64,000 bases of DNA from Paramecium tetraurelia (GCA_000165425.1 CT868000.1:1-64000), one strand, 5' to 3'; positions 1-16,547 are shown, counted from the stretch's first letter. The notes: generated from the sequence alone by a model not told the origin. Translations and numbers: made by a program.

Positions 1-2869
1 ATTCTTGAATTTAAGACTGATGTTTATCCAAAAATTGCTTATCTGTTTATTAAATACTTTTATTTGCCTCTTCAATATGAGTTTTGAGTCTATTTTAAGC
101 CTATAAAATTTCCTCTAACTTGCTATTATATGATTAATATGTAACAATTTATTATTGTAAAGCTTCATCTTTCTAAATTCTTTTCTCCTAAAATTCTACA
201 GTTTAAACCACTTATGTTATTTGTTAATGATAATTAATAGCGTCTTCTTACCCATAAATAAACATTTAAATTTCTTTACTATTATAAAAGCTGATTTAGT
301 CTTAAATTTTTTAAATATAAGATGATTATTAGTGTTATTATTATTTTACTTTTATGAATTAAGATTAATATTATTCTATTTCTTTTCTTAATTTTTACTC
401 TTATTCTATTTTCATTCTCAACTCTTATTATTTTTTCTATTCATCAAGGTTTTTTTTTTCTGTTACCTAATTTTCAAGTAAACCTTATTCTTATGTTATT
501 CTTTCGATTATAACCATAAGAAATTTTTAGTATTATTCATTTTCTTGAGTTAGTTCATTAAATTCTTTAAGCATTTCTTTTGTCTATGCTTATTATATTA
601 AATTATATTTTTCTTCATTATCTAAGATTATCTCTTTATGTTTCTGTAACTACTCATTAATATAGGTTAACAATTCTTGTTTTTTTTTATCTGGTGAATT
701 AATTTCAGTAATTATTTTTTATTTTTCTATAAGTTTTTCAATGAAAATCTTATGATTAGTTTAGATATATCCTAATAAATTAAGCAATAATTATTATTTA
801 TCTTTAAATTCTTAAATTTCTTTTTATTTTTCTAAATCTTAGATTGCTTATTATTTTTCCTATTCTTTTCTTTATTCTTCCTTCTCTTTTTCATTTTTTT
901 TCCATGAATGTATTGCAATTTCAATCTCTCTTCCTAATTTTTCTATAAGTTTTAATTCTAAATTCTTTGATTCTTCTACAATTTCTTTAACTCTTCCTTT
1001 TTCCTACTCTGTAAATGTTTCATAATCATTTTTTAATTCTTCTTCTTTTTGTTATATATATTATTCCATTTCATCTGAAATCTATATTTCTGATTACATC
1101 AGGATAGATTATTGAGTTTCTTCATTTCTGTTTTTCATTTGATAATTCAAATGTTATATAGACTTCTTTTTTATTTCATCCATTTCTTTTTCCATTTTTT
1201 CTGAAAAATCATCTGATTTTTGAAATATCTTTTGATTAATTTGAGAATCATTAATCAATAGCTTTTCATAAATAAGATTTTCTATCTTTTTCTATTCCTC
1301 CCNNNNNNNNNNNNNNNNNNNNNNNNNNNNNNNNNNNNNNNNNNNNNNNNNNNNNNNNNNNNNNNNNNNNNNNNNNNNNNNNNNNNNNNNNNNNNNNNNN
1401 NNNNNNNNNNNNNNNNNNNNNNNNNNNNNNNNNNNNNNNNNNNNNNNNNNNNTCTATATTTCTGATTACTCAGGATAGATTATCCTTTTTTCTTCATTTC
1501 TGTTTTTCATTTGATAATTCAAATGTTTTTTAGACTTCTTTTTTATTTCATCCATTTCTTTTTCCATTTTTTCTGAAAAATCATCTGATTTTTGAATATC
1601 TTTTGATTAATTTGAGAATCATTAATCAATAGCTTTTCATAAATAAGATTTTCTATCTTTTTCTATTCCTCCTCCTTTTAATTATAAAATTACATTTTTA
1701 TTACTTCTTTTTCTTCAATTCTTTCAATTTCTTTGAACTGTTTTAATTTCCTTTTAAATTCTGTTTAGTTAGCTTTTTTTACATTATCTAATGAGATTTA
1801 TTTGAATTAATTCAATTCATTTCTTATTTTTATTTATTAGTTTTATAATTTTTCAGATAACCCTTCTCTTTTTTTTTTTTGTAATTCTTTAATAAATGAT
1901 TCTAAGTCCGTCACGAATTAATTTAAATAAAATTGAATTACTTCTTTTAATTATATTCTTTAGGATGGAACTTTCTACAGCATTGATTTAATAAAATGCT
2001 TTTCCTTTTCTTTAATACTATCATTTTGCTAAATTTATCTGTTAATCTCTTCTTATGAAATATTCACAATTTTGTAAAAAATTTCCTCTTACCTATTACC
2101 TAAGATTTAAAAATGTAATTACCTTAAAAGAATGTATCATTAGTCAACAACTCATACCAAATAGCTCCCAAAGACCATATATCAACAGATTTATCATAAG
2201 AATTATTTTAATTTCCAAACACCTCTGGAGCCATATAATATGGTGTTCCAACTTTACTGGTCTGAAACATATTTTCTTTATTTTCTTTGACTAATCCAAA
2301 ATCTATCAGTTTAATAGTTATTTCATTCGTTGGACCTTTAACATAGACAAAATTTTCAGGTTTCACATCTCTATGAAACAATCCTAATTAATGAAGTTGT
2401 TCAAGACCCTCCATCATCTAAAATATTACTTATTAATTACTTAAATAAAACATAAATTTTTTTCTTCATAACTCAGATTTTAATATTGGGGAGTTTACAT
2501 ATATTAGTAAAACTCTCCATGGGCAAATTCCATAACAACAACTGGTAAACCATTCTGTCTTTCCTGTACTCCTATTATTCCTATAATATTCTTGAACTTA
2601 TATCTCTAAATTGCTTATATGGCTTATAATTCATTTTTATTAATTGATTTGTATTCTTTGATAGCCACATTTTCATTAGTTTAAACATTCTACCCCTTAG
2701 AAACAATACCTTCTGATCCTTCACCTAATGGAGGTTTAAATTTCCTAAAAGTTTTTGCATCGATTGTAATTGTTTCAAACTACAGTTAAGCAAATTAAAT
2801 AGCTTGCTAGTACGGATGCTTGAATTATATTGAAAATTGATTTGGTTTAAACTAAGCAACATTGATCAT
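1..2869 (-). CDS. Ser/Thr protein kinase with long Q/E/K-rich coiled-coil tail (3' end runs off window; interrupted by assembly gap)
   Basis: Code-6 translation from ATG 2869 gives LGEGSEG, VAIK, FHRDVKPEN, IDFG and GTPYYMAPE. Tiny introns are present (e.g. GTAATTAATAAGTAATATTTTAG near 2418-2440). Downstream sequence is low-complexity coiled coil. Confidence 0.9.
1081..1672. repeat. About 220-bp near-identical direct duplication flanking the gap (1081-1302 vs 1453-~1672)
   Basis: Both copies begin TCTATATTTCTGATTAC and end TTTTCTATTCCTCC, with a few substitutions and indels. Confidence 0.9.
1303..1452. other. Assembly gap (150 N)
   Basis: Run of N seen directly. Confidence 0.99.
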
Positions 2870-3924
2870 TGTTATTAATAATGATTTTATTAATACTTTT
2901 TATGAATCTTTTTAGCAAATTTATATGAAATGTATTTCTATTAGCATTAATTTAATTTTTTATATAAAATTAATTTATTATAGAATACATCAAGATAATC
3001 CATTTCTATAAATTTAATCAATCTTTATTTTCAAGAACTTATTGCAATAATAATATTTTAAAGATTTTGAGATTCTCGCTGCTTCCTAACTTATATATCT
3101 TATATTTTCTTTTAAATTTAAGTTAATTAACATACAACGAACTTAGATTTAATTCTTAAACTGATTTCAAGGTTGAACTCAAAATATTTATAACATCACT
3201 TATTTATGGGATTGATGAAATATTATAGCACTCTATTCATTATAGTGTAAAGTTTCTACAAAGCAGAATATTTATTTCATATATTTGATGCACTTATATA
3301 TAATTTTTCCTTCATTGATTATAAATGAATCTTTCAGTTATTAAATCAGCTCATTATTAATCCTCTCTAAGTTCGATCATTTATAAACATCCCATAAGAA
3401 TAGTCGCTTATTGAGATCAATAATTTACTAATCCATAAATGAATTTCGGTAGGATAATATTTAGAACTTGATTTTGTATACATCCTATATAACTATTGAT
3501 CATTTTCTTATCTTAAATGGTTTATCCTGTAGGTTACACTTTAAACTAAATTACTAATCATTTATTGAATATTTAATTAATATTCAGCATTGATAATAAA
3601 AAAATATGTGAGTGTTTCAGAATGAAATAATAATGGTTACTACCCCTTCCGTCTTAACTCAATATCTGTGTTTCTAACTTATTTAGAACAATTCTCATCA
3701 GTTGATCAAACCATTCAAGTAAAATTAGAATTATTTAATTGATATTTCTTCCAATTATAAATAAACACATTGGAATTAATTATTATTATGGGATCCTTTC
3801 TTCATTTCAATTTCTCATAATGTTTTTAACCACTCCTAATCACAATCACTCTTATTTCTCACCTGAATATTAAAATTTATTTTAAATATTAATAGAATAA
3901 CCCATACTTTTTATAGGATAATCA

Positions 3925-5691
3925 TCAATTGCCTTCAGACTCATCATCCGAGGGTGTTTGCTAATTTTTGATTTAATCTGTGTAGTCTTCAATTTATTTG
4001 TTAATTTAGAGCACATTCTTTCTATTTCTTTCATATTACTTTTCTTTGTAACTTGTAACCAATAACTTGATGTCTCTCTCGATCGATGTGGTAATATTGG
4101 TGTCCTAATCATTTAAATATCATCTTACTTTAGTATTGGCTTTAGATTATAAGTTATCTTTGATGTTACTTACTGTACCCAATAGAGTTTCCTTATTTTC
4201 AAATAACTAGTTAATGATATAATTTTTAGTTTACTGTCTATAGATCCTCATCCCATTCACTTAAATCACTTCCTTATTACACAAATACTTAGTATCTATC
4301 ATATTCTAATTTTGCTATATCTGTTAATTTAGTTCCGAATTCTCTAATGAAATCTCCAATCTTCTTAAATCCGTGATCTCCTGAGACATAATCAGACATA
4401 TCTTTAGTTATAAACCCTAACTTTCCATCAAAATCTCCTAATGCTGCCTCTATATCCACCATCAATTGTAATTCTGTAGAGAGCAGATTATCCTTAAGTT
4501 TTTAGGTTTCTTTTTCTAAATCTTCCAATTTTAATTTCCAGCTATCCTCATTTCTTTCTTTTGCTCTAAATGCTAGTTTCTTTTGATGCTCAAATCTTTT
4601 GATAGTCAATATGGTTTCGTTTTCACTTTTAATTTCTCTTGCTCTAACTGCTTGTTCGAATTTCTATTAGAATTATAATTACGTTTACTTCAATTGATTA
4701 TAATTTAGCAGTGTTCTTTTGAATAACATTCTTTTAAAGATTCTCCACTGTTTCTTTTATCTTTTCTTAGAATTTGTTTATTTCCTCTTCAACTCCTTTC
4801 ATAGTTTTAACTTTTTCTAATTCCTCATCTTAAATTAATTCATCACTTAACTTTTCCACCAAATCCATTCTCGCGCTCTTTCTTTTAAATAATTCATCAT
4901 TATTGTTTTTCTCCTCTTATTCTTAATTTTACATCTATTTTAAGAAGTCTTCCTAAGTAATAGCATCAGTTCTAAATTTTTCATCTGATTCTCTTATCTA
5001 ATTTCTCTATGCTTCATCAATGAAACTATAATCCAAGTATCTAAGATTTGGTAATGAATTAATAATATGATTTTTATAATCTGGTTCTTTTGTAAATGGA
5101 TTTCCTGCTACATTTAACACTTGTAAGTTCTTAAATTTCATTCCTTTTCCTTTACTAAAATATTGTGTTACAATTTCAAAGGAAGGTATTTTATTATTGC
5201 CAATGGATAAGACATTTAGAGATTTGCAATTGTCCAAACCTCCAACAGATGTCAATTAGTTATTAAACATTGACAAGTCTTTCAAATTGACTAGTTTATC
5301 CAATCCTTCTATCTCCTTAATCAAATTAAACGATAAATCAAGCCAATGCAAATTGACCAAATGATCCAAATTCTCGATCTTTTAAATAATGTTATTATCT
5401 AATTGTAACTTCTCCAATCTCTCCAATCCTTAAAGATTTTCAATCTTCCAGATATCTAAATTATTATAATCACTTACTCTTAAAAGACAAAGACATGACA
5501 CGTAAAGAGTTTAACATAATTTAATCTCCCATAGTTATTTTATTCTCTGCATTGTAATCCTTCACTGATTTGCTAGATGTTATCTAATAATAATACATGA
5601 TTAATATTTCATCAATAACTGTGGGCTCTATTGAGGCCTTATTGTTTCGCTTATCAATCTTTGGAAGATGAGCACTTTGAAAGTTTAGCAT
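3925..5691 (-). CDS. DRC3: LRR + coiled-coil protein, dynein regulatory complex subunit 3 (LRRC48)-like
   Basis: SDS22-type LRRs ([34 protein letters not shown]), LRRcap ([20 protein letters not shown]), then coiled coil ending [17 protein letters not shown]. Several tiny introns. Confidence 0.75.
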
Positions 5692-6118
5692 TTATATATA
5701 AAATATTATTTCAATTATTTAATATAAACTATCATTAAAGCTGATTCAAATTGTCAATGTGAAATAATATACATTCTTAATTTATAATCATTTGAAAATA
5801 CTAAATAAAAATATTAACAAAAATGGCAATCATCATTTTCCCCATTTGGTTTGTTTCCAAGAATCAAAGTATTTAGTTATAAGCAAAATTTAACATAATA
5901 GAATATGATTCCAAAAAAGAATACGGATTTTGGAAATATCGATAAGATTTCTGAAAGTAGAAAACTATAGAGGAGAATGCAAGCAATCCTTAACGAATTG
6001 TTAAAATCTTTTTATTGAAAATTGCCTAGAGATTCTTGAATACTAAGTCTAAAAAAAATAAAATCTATAAATTGATGAAATGTGGTAAAATGAATGTTGT
6101 CGTAAATTAATAAATTTT

Positions 6119-7446
6119 ATGATTAAATACTTGTTTGTTTTAATATTACTTTATTTGAGTTAGGCCAAGAGAATCAAGCAAACCTATCTAATTAGATCCC
6201 TTAGAGATTGGCATTACATATCAAAATTCGGAGCAGAAACGGGAGAGGTATTCTATTCGCTAACGTATAAAAATTAAATATTATTAGATTCCGATTCAAG
6301 AATGTAGAAGAGAATGATGAACGAACAATTCCAATATAATATGAATTATTTTTAGATGAAGAATGGCCTAATGCGATAGAGAAGGCCGAGTGCGATGTAA
6401 AAATACATAATAATAAATTAGAGAAGCAATGTGGCGAGAAGAAAGGAGACTATATAAGTCCCAGTTAACAGTGAGTTTGAATTTAAAGGAAGTTTAACGG
6501 CTAAAGTCAGAGCTCATCTATGGTATTTTGCATTTAGTGATTGTGAAAAAATATTAAGAAATTCATTTCCAGTTGAAAGCAAAGTTAAGTTAGATGTGGA
6601 ATTGCACATAACAAATGTTGGAGGCACTGAATTTACATTAGAATAGTTTGGAATATTATAAATTATAGGGATTATAGCCTTAATTGATGTAATAATGTTA
6701 ATTTACAACGGGAATCAAATATTAGAAAAATAAAGAAAGTATGAGGAATTTAGTTTGCCATTATTTTTATTGGTGATCACTTTATTATTGGAAACTTTTT
6801 CCTATTGTTTTTTAACTATTCATTTATGGATCTATAGTGAGAATGGGGCTGGATCATTATTATTATAGGTGTTGTCTGTTATTTTCTAGGTGGCATCACA
6901 ATTTTCATTAACAATGATTTTGGTTATGCTGTCTTGGGGATGGCAAATAAACTTTAGTAAATTTGACAATTTTGAATTATTTATACCAATTTCAATATTG
7001 GTAGGGTTCTTCTAAATTATAATTGTTGGTGTAAGTTTTATAGATTATGATGCTTATTATAAAGATCATTAATATGAAGGATGGGTTGGATGGCTTGCTG
7101 CTTTAATTTACATAGGAGAATTCGTTTATTTTATGAATGGTCTAGTTGACACTTACAACAAATAGAATACAAAAATATAATAATTCATTTTATTATTGGG
7201 TTTGTACGGTGGAGTGTATTTCATCAGTTTCCCAGTTTTGTAGACTGTAAATTTAGTAAACAAATTATTTGATATTCTTAGTTTACGGCAAGATATGTGA
7301 GATATAAAGTAATGGAGATAGGAACTATGTTGTTTAGAACCTCTGCGATTTTATTGCTTACTAGACTGTTTACTTCAAAAAAATCGATCTTTGCATAGAT
7401 TTCAATTGAGAATAAGAGTTTCTTGGACAGGAATAAGGATGAGTGA
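6119..7446 (+). CDS. GPR180/TMEM145-family (GOST) seven-TM protein
   Basis: Signal peptide, WHYISKFG, RAHLWYFAFSDC, EFTLE, IHLWIYSENGAG, LSWGW, HQYEGWVG and about 7 hydrophobic segments. Three tiny introns. Confidence 0.8.
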
Positions 7447-7491
7447 AGCAATGTATATCTGTTGATTTATTAATTTTATTATATTATAAAG

Positions 7492-9470
<1,979 letters not shown>

Positions 9471-9509
9471 ATGATATAAAATTATAAAAAACTTATTTAA
9501 TATTTAAAT

Positions 9510-10953
9510 TCAATAATCTTACATGATGTTTTATCTATCCTTTAAGTTTAATTAGCCTTTTCCTTTCTCCTTCATTTCCTTCACACTTTTGATCCTCTAC
9601 TTAACCTCCGCAACAGCCTTCTTCATACCATTCTCCTCAAAGGTTTTCAAACTCTTCTAAAAATAACTCAAAGCATCTCTAAATTCCTAGACTAACAACA
9701 ATATTGTGCCTTTATTAATTTATATACATTAATATACCAAGAATCTTTTGAGTCTTTGCTACTTAAACACTTCCTTCTCCATATACTTTAACTTCTAGAT
9801 CTTCAGTTTCATATAATTCACCCAGTGCTTCTTAATGTCTCTCTTATCTTAATTAGATGATGGCAATTTATCGTTTTATCTTAATAACCTTCTTGTCTTA
9901 GGCAGTATATAATTCAATATAGATCTATTTCACTTTCTATAGACAAGCAATTTGTTCATCAGTAGATTTAATCTTCTCGTAATAAGTTGATAACTATTAG
10001 TATAGTTCTGCTACATATTCAGTTTTATGATAATTAATTTCTACTAACATATCTATAGCACTTGTCTGACATTGAATTGCATCCTTCCAATTTTCTTGGC
10101 ATGCAAATATTTTGGCTTTTTCAATATAAGAAATTGCACTCTATTCAGACTTATAACCGTATTTGGCTTCTGTAATAGCAAACACTTTAGTAATGCATTC
10201 TTCACTAGCATCGTAGTCTTTCAGGTTGCTATACATTATTAATGATGTGTAATTTACGTATGGCAATTAGACATCAGCGTCAATGTTTAAATTGAATGCT
10301 CAGTTTCATCTCCATAGATCTAACATTGGGTTTCATAGGCCTTTTTCAATAAATCCAAGGATTCTTCATAACTATTGATTTCTAGATAACATTTTCCAAG
10401 TAATGTGAGAATGATTGAATTGTAACTCTTGCTTTCTTATTCTTCATTATACAATTTGGCATTTTTCTTCAAAGCAAGAGTTAGATGATCAATCGCTTAC
10501 TCATAACATTTATAATTTAGATATGCCTCGCCTATATTAGTATGTGCTTTCACTAATTTAAATTATCCTTTGCCATGTGTGAATACCAGAATCTTGGATA
10601 TAAAGTGATAATAATGAATACCTTGGCCAATGCCAACTAGTGCATTCTGATATTCAATATTTGTTCTTCACTCTTATCTTTCGAATACTCATCCAACATC
10701 TTCATCTTTTCTTCCAAATCCTCAGATATCTTATCTTCAATTTATTTTTGTTGATCCGGTTAGTAATTACCATAATTCTTGTCTTATTAGTATTTATCCT
10801 TTTATGCTAGACAATTATCATAAATATTAATCTACAGTTATCAAATTGATTGGATTCCATCTAATCAACTTGATTAAATTAATCATAATCCTCTTCATTT
10901 TGATCTTAATCATCTTAGAAATTACCATCGTCATCATCATATCCTTCTTACAT
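9510..10953 (-). CDS. TPR protein, TTC23/kinesin-light-chain-like
   Basis: Acidic N-terminus, then helical repeats such as FKLVKAHTNIGEAYL..QAIDHL and AKTQKILGTILLLVQEFRDALSYFQKSL. Confidence 0.7.
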
Positions 10954-11569
10954 GTTTCTGTTATATCTCTTATATATTAAAAATAATAATCTAAATTAAA
11001 CAAAACTTGAGTAGTAATATAATATATAACATTCTACTTAACTTACTCAATCTTAACATATCCTTTAAATCTATTAAATTAACAGTTCTAATCTAGACTA
11101 TTGTTGTATTCAATATTATTACAATTGCATATTATATGTTAACGGATAATATACATTCAAGAATTATTATTATTTATGTATAATAATATTAAGACCTCTA
11201 CTATAATTATTGTATAAATTTTGAACATAAACATAAACGAAGTTAAAGTGGTTTAATCATAAAATCCTGTCTATAGATTATGATGTAATTTAAATTTAAT
11301 TTTGAAAGAGAAGAGATTTGAGAATTCATTTAGAAATAAATTTCGTAATTAAACTATTGCTTTTTGATTTAAAATTTGATTTATCTCAAAAGTTTAGGTC
11401 CTCCTATATAATTTTATGTTAATTAAACTACAGAACAAGTTGGCTATTTGATCAAAGGATCTAGAACTGTTGAGCATTAAAAATATATTTTGAAAATGAT
11501 CTATACTTTGTAAAATACTCTTATTTCAATTTATTATAATATTTATTGTAAGTACAAGAAGAGAGAATA

Positions 11570-12427
11570 ATGAATAGCTTAAGAAGTTAATAAAGAAAAT
11601 GCGAGTGTCCACTTCTAAGTTACAAAGAATTCAGTCCCAGACTAAAGGGGCCCTTTTATTATAAAAGCTTGCATAGTGAATCAAAAAAGCTCCTCTCGCC
11701 GTTTGGGAGTTAAACAAAAATTACAGATCAAAAATTTGCGATTCATCTCAAACCCATTTTGATCCCAGATTTAATGGGTAGGAGTTAAATTCAATGTTTG
11801 AAAATAAGATGTCCACTTATTCAAAAGAGTCTTAGATCTTAAAGTTCAAACGAATAAGTATATGGAATTTATGGGAGCAAGTGGAAAAGGTTGATTTCTT
11901 AAGGGAAGTTTAGCGTGAAACAAATTCGACATTAAAAAATAATTTATAGATTCAAGATATATGTAAGAGCAGTTTAACTTATGCTAACATATTTTAAATT
12001 TAAAAGGGCTAGATAATCTAATATGAAAAGTAGCAAAAGATTATCAAAGGCCAGAATCTCTATAGTTAATATAAGAAAATAATCTGGTCAGTCAACTTTA
12101 ATCCCCCTTATTTAGTAATATCAAGCAGAACTGTTATCAATGCAAAATCAAATATTGAATGTATCTACTTCAGATGTACATAGTCCACAATCTCTGTGCT
12201 TAAAACGAAAATAAAAAACACTTTCTTAAATAAGTTTCGATCATTTTCTTAAAAGACCCATCTAACAATTCATAAAAAATAAGAATCTTTCTTCAATTTC
12301 AGATCACAAATCAACTTAACCTACTAAAAGAACTTGCAAGACTGAATAAAGTCACAAAAGATTTGCAAGTATTAGATAATTGCATCGCAAACTTCAGTTG
12401 AGTTAGGCTTATTCAGCTTAATAATGA
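11570..12427 (+). CDS. Hypothetical basic protein (285 aa, intronless)
   Basis: Uninterrupted code-6 ORF from ATG 11570 to TGA 12425-12427. No family recognised. Confidence 0.65.
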
Positions 12428-12462
12428 TACTAGTATTAATGTTATATAAAACTTAATATCAA

Positions 12463-15400
12463 TCAAAAGAATTCTAAGTACATTTTTTTCTGTAATTGAT
12501 TTTATCGTGATTTTCCAAACAACTGTTCCAGATTAGCTGTTGCATTAACAAAAATGCTTCTCGGAGTTATTTTAGAGAGTTTCTTCAATTCCAACATATT
12601 AGCATTTTAATTAGCAATATTGAAAACCATAATATCAACTTAATTCTTCTCCAAAATTTATCTCAAGTGGAGTTCTTGTTTTTGACTCATTTTTCTGTTA
12701 ACTAAAATATTGGATGATAATAATTACTCTCTGTAAAGATACAAATAAATTTATAACGAGATCTAAAATCATGTTGTTATTAGGATTTATCCTTATCAAT
12801 TCTATTACAGTGATCATTTTCATTTCTAATAAATTTAAAATCCTCATCTTCAAATTCGGAATTAGACTCACTAGTTACATCCTAATGACAATCCTAACTA
12901 GGATAAGAATAATATATTTATTATACCTAAAATTCACGTGTTGACTCTTGTCATCTACATTTTCAATTACCATACTTTTTCCTTCATCTTCCTCAGCCAC
13001 TGGGGGCAAATAAATTTTTTATTTAATATTCATTTCCTTAACTTTCTTTTTCTCATAGTCACTGTCATGAATGGTGATTTTATGTTCGAAGAAATTCTTA
13101 ACAGCAAATTTTAAGGCTTAGAATAATTTTGATTTTCCTCCCGGAGCAGTAATAGCCATGAATAATTACTTAGTCAGTAAATCTTTATAGGTTCCTTTTG
13201 GTTATAATGGAAAAGCCTCGTGTAGTGAATTGTTGAATCCGTACATGCCAATCAAATCTTGGGGTTATAGAATGTTGAAGATTTTGGTGCATATGCTATG
13301 AGACAAGTTGATTTGCTCAACAGTCATTTCTTTTGAATAATCAATAATGAAAACGATTTCGTAGATGTTGATAGAAATTTAGTTTCTAAATTATTGGATG
13401 GGCAAAGGAGATATGCTAAATAGATTAAAGATTTTCTCTAAAACCATGAGACAGAAATCACGGACTTCAGGATCATAATATTCACCCAATTCTATTATTT
13501 ATGTTAAGATCTCAGCACCAGTCTTGAAATTACCTTCGATTAATTCGTATATGGCTTATAGTTGCATAATCTTTGAAAGTAGGACTTCTTTGGGTACATT
13601 TTTGAACATGTCAACAAAGTTATAATCCTATTCGGCTTGATTTTACTCTTAATTAGTGTTTTCATTAAGTTTGTTGTAATACTCTAATGCCTTTTTTTCA
13701 GATATTTTGAAATTACTCAAATCTCCAATTTAGATATAACACAATGCCTTTTTAACATGGAGATTAATCAATCTTACTATATTGCTTTAAGTGAACTTTT
13801 AATCCTTCTCAGCTATGGCTTCAAAATCATTGAATAATTTAAGTGTTTCTGGAATGAAGATTTCATTTTGCATACAAATAGTGAACATGAACTATGCCAA
13901 TTGAAATTGTCTATTTAACAATTTTGCCTTTGCTAGTTGTTTCTTCTTCATCAACTCTACAATCTTCTCTTCGATCATTTATAATTCTGTCATACCTCCG
14001 TTAGATTATCCAGAATCTCCTCTTACTCTTCCATCTTGATCTTGCCTATATTCCTCATCTTTATATCTTTCATCTTATTGAATAATGCTCTCTTTCAAAT
14101 CCAATCTCTAACTGATGATACTACTTTAATTATATGAGTGACCTCCTTGATATTTGACCTTGTTATTTGATATATTTGGAGATAATTGAGGAGATATGTA
14201 TGGTGAATTATCAGGATCTACTGAGTTGATGGGTTGTAATTGTTGCTTACTTTCTGCAAATGACATTCTGCCACTTACTCTCTTCTTCTTCTACATAGGT
14301 GTTTGAATAGAATTTGTTTATATCTATGTTATTCTGTTTTAGGTGCCAGTGTTGAGTAATGCTACATGGGGGATATTGGTTTTTTGTAACAATTGAGAAG
14401 TAGATTAGTTTTTATGATGTTAATCTAATGGTTTACTCATGAGGGATTATGAATTTCCTTTGTATTAACTTTCGACCCTTTTTGATTTGTTATCCTTCTT
14501 CTTCTTTACTTGTACACTTATCCAATTGATTTTCATTTACTCTTTGAATCTTTGAGCCAATACTTTCAATCTTTATTTGAAATTTTAATATAAATTTGGT
14601 TCCTGTAATGCTGACTACATCCCTAAACACCATTTTTTAAGTTCTTTGATTTCTATTAATTCTAATTTGGCTATGTAGATGGCTTCTTCCATTTCATTTA
14701 TGGCTTCAAATACTCTGCCACCCTTCATGTGCAAGATCCCAATATTATTGGCACATATTCCAACTGCACTCATGTTTCCTATTTCTTTCTTGTAAAAGTC
14801 CTTTGCTTTACTTAATTCCATCAAAGCCAAGGCGTCTGAATGTTTAGAATTTGAATATTTTTGATTGGAATACTTGATTGTAGTTACAAATATATTCATA
14901 GTTTGAAATAAGGATTTAATCTCAAAGGAGTTAAAATAATCCTAATAATTAATCAATTCTTCTTCTTGATCCATGTTTTAAATGTCTATACTATTCATAA
15001 ATTCAGTTAAAACCTTGATTGGCTATTCAAATGATAAACCAATTCGAGTGGCTGTATACCAAACAAATAGAAATATGACTAATTGATATTGATGGATATT
15101 TACCAACTGATAACACAATGATTACAATTAAAACAATGATCTCTAAGATCCTGACATTATTCAGGGATGTGCCTTCATAGAGTTCTTGAATTAGAGTTTG
15201 TTCCTCAAAGTAATGGACCAAAATGAAGGAAGGCATTGTGAAATTGTTTTCTTCAGGTTCAATGTACACATATCTTCTCCCATTTTCAGGGGCTGTAACT
15301 ATAGACACCTTCTTTGTGGAATAGGTGTTGACCTTGGAAAATAAAAGATAAAACTTATTTTAACCAAACGAGTAAGTCAAGGATGTGGAATTTAGAGTTG

Positions 15401-16547
15401 CATTATACACTAATTCATTAGATTTATTGAGGATTTATGGTGCCAAATCTTCATTCAAAGTATTATAGGAAGATTAACTGAAATCTTTAGTTGTCACTAT
15501 GTATTTAATAATGGATTCGGAAATAGCCATATTGCTGTAATCTGATGGGGCTAAGGTAGTGTATTACTAGTCAATGATGGCAGTAAACAACTAATGTTCA
15601 CTTTCACCTTGACTTTCATGTTATTGGTAATGTCTTGTTATGAGATCCAAGAGATATAAATTTGAAATCTTTGCTGTCAGATAGCATTATCTAGCATCAT
15701 CTTAAGAGATGATTTATGTCATCGTTAATGATGGACTTGAGGTGAATACATCATTATGATCATAATAAATTGTAAAATTCAATGTAGAGTCTAATATGAA
15801 TTCTTCTTCTGGTAGCCAATCATAAGTATTAATGTCCTTCAACAAATTTTATTGCTATTTAGTGAACTATGGTATCCTAACGACCAAAGAGTCTGTGCAA
15901 TGAACCATCAATGATGCATAGTTGATGGGTACCAGTGTTGAATCTGCCTCGCTCGATTTGGGTTCTAGTTGTAAGTCTTACGAGAGTGATCTTGTATTAC
16001 TATTTATATATCATCACTTTTCAATACTTGATTATGATATCTGATAATATAAGTGATTAGGTGATCTTGTTCACCAAAAAGCTTAATCTGGGGTTTGATT
16101 ACTGTAAGGTGTTGAAATTAGTGTAATTAGAGTGACTCCAGGCCACTGTGTAATCTTCTTCAGTTATTTCACCAGATGAAAACGAGAAGGGTGCAATTTA
16201 CTTGGCATCCAAAGTCCTAAATAGGCTTGAAGTAATACCAGGATGAATAGTTTTAAAACTCGCCAAAACAATAATGTCTCAAATGTGCACTTACTCCAAA
16301 TATTTAATTAAAATATGCTTAATATTGGATATAGATTTCCTATCATTCGGGTATTATTTACTTGTTATATGATATTCATTTCTATTTATAAGCCATTCAA
16401 ATGTCGATTTATGTGAAATTCTAAGAGAGAATCCTAAAAACTAGGAATGCTCACAAAACCAAGCAATCCAACCTACAACACTGCTAACATTAGAATCAAA
16501 ATTATAGGAATCAATATAACAAGTAAAATCTAATTTTTTAGTTCCAT
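12463..16547 (-). CDS. Two-TM receptor-like protein: extracellular Cache-like region, HAMP, TPR, low-complexity linker, TPR, C-terminal vWA
   Basis: N-terminal TM (ILLVILIPIILILMLAV); second TM near 15050-15145; HAMP-like FEQPIKVLTEFM...EIKSLFQTMN; TPR-like AVGICANNIGILHMKGGRVFEAINEM; vWA-like EIVFIIDYSKEM...DLIGMYGFN...GGKSKLFQALKFA. Confidence 0.75.

Noticed and set aside
5905..6018. 37-codon ORF MIPKKNTDFG between DRC3 and the GPR180-like gene
   Set aside because: Too short, with no recognisable motif. Open frames are common when there is a single stop codon.
11690..12010. Second long open frame overlapping the 11570 gene
   Set aside because: Long alternative frames are expected when only TGA terminates, and there is no independent support.
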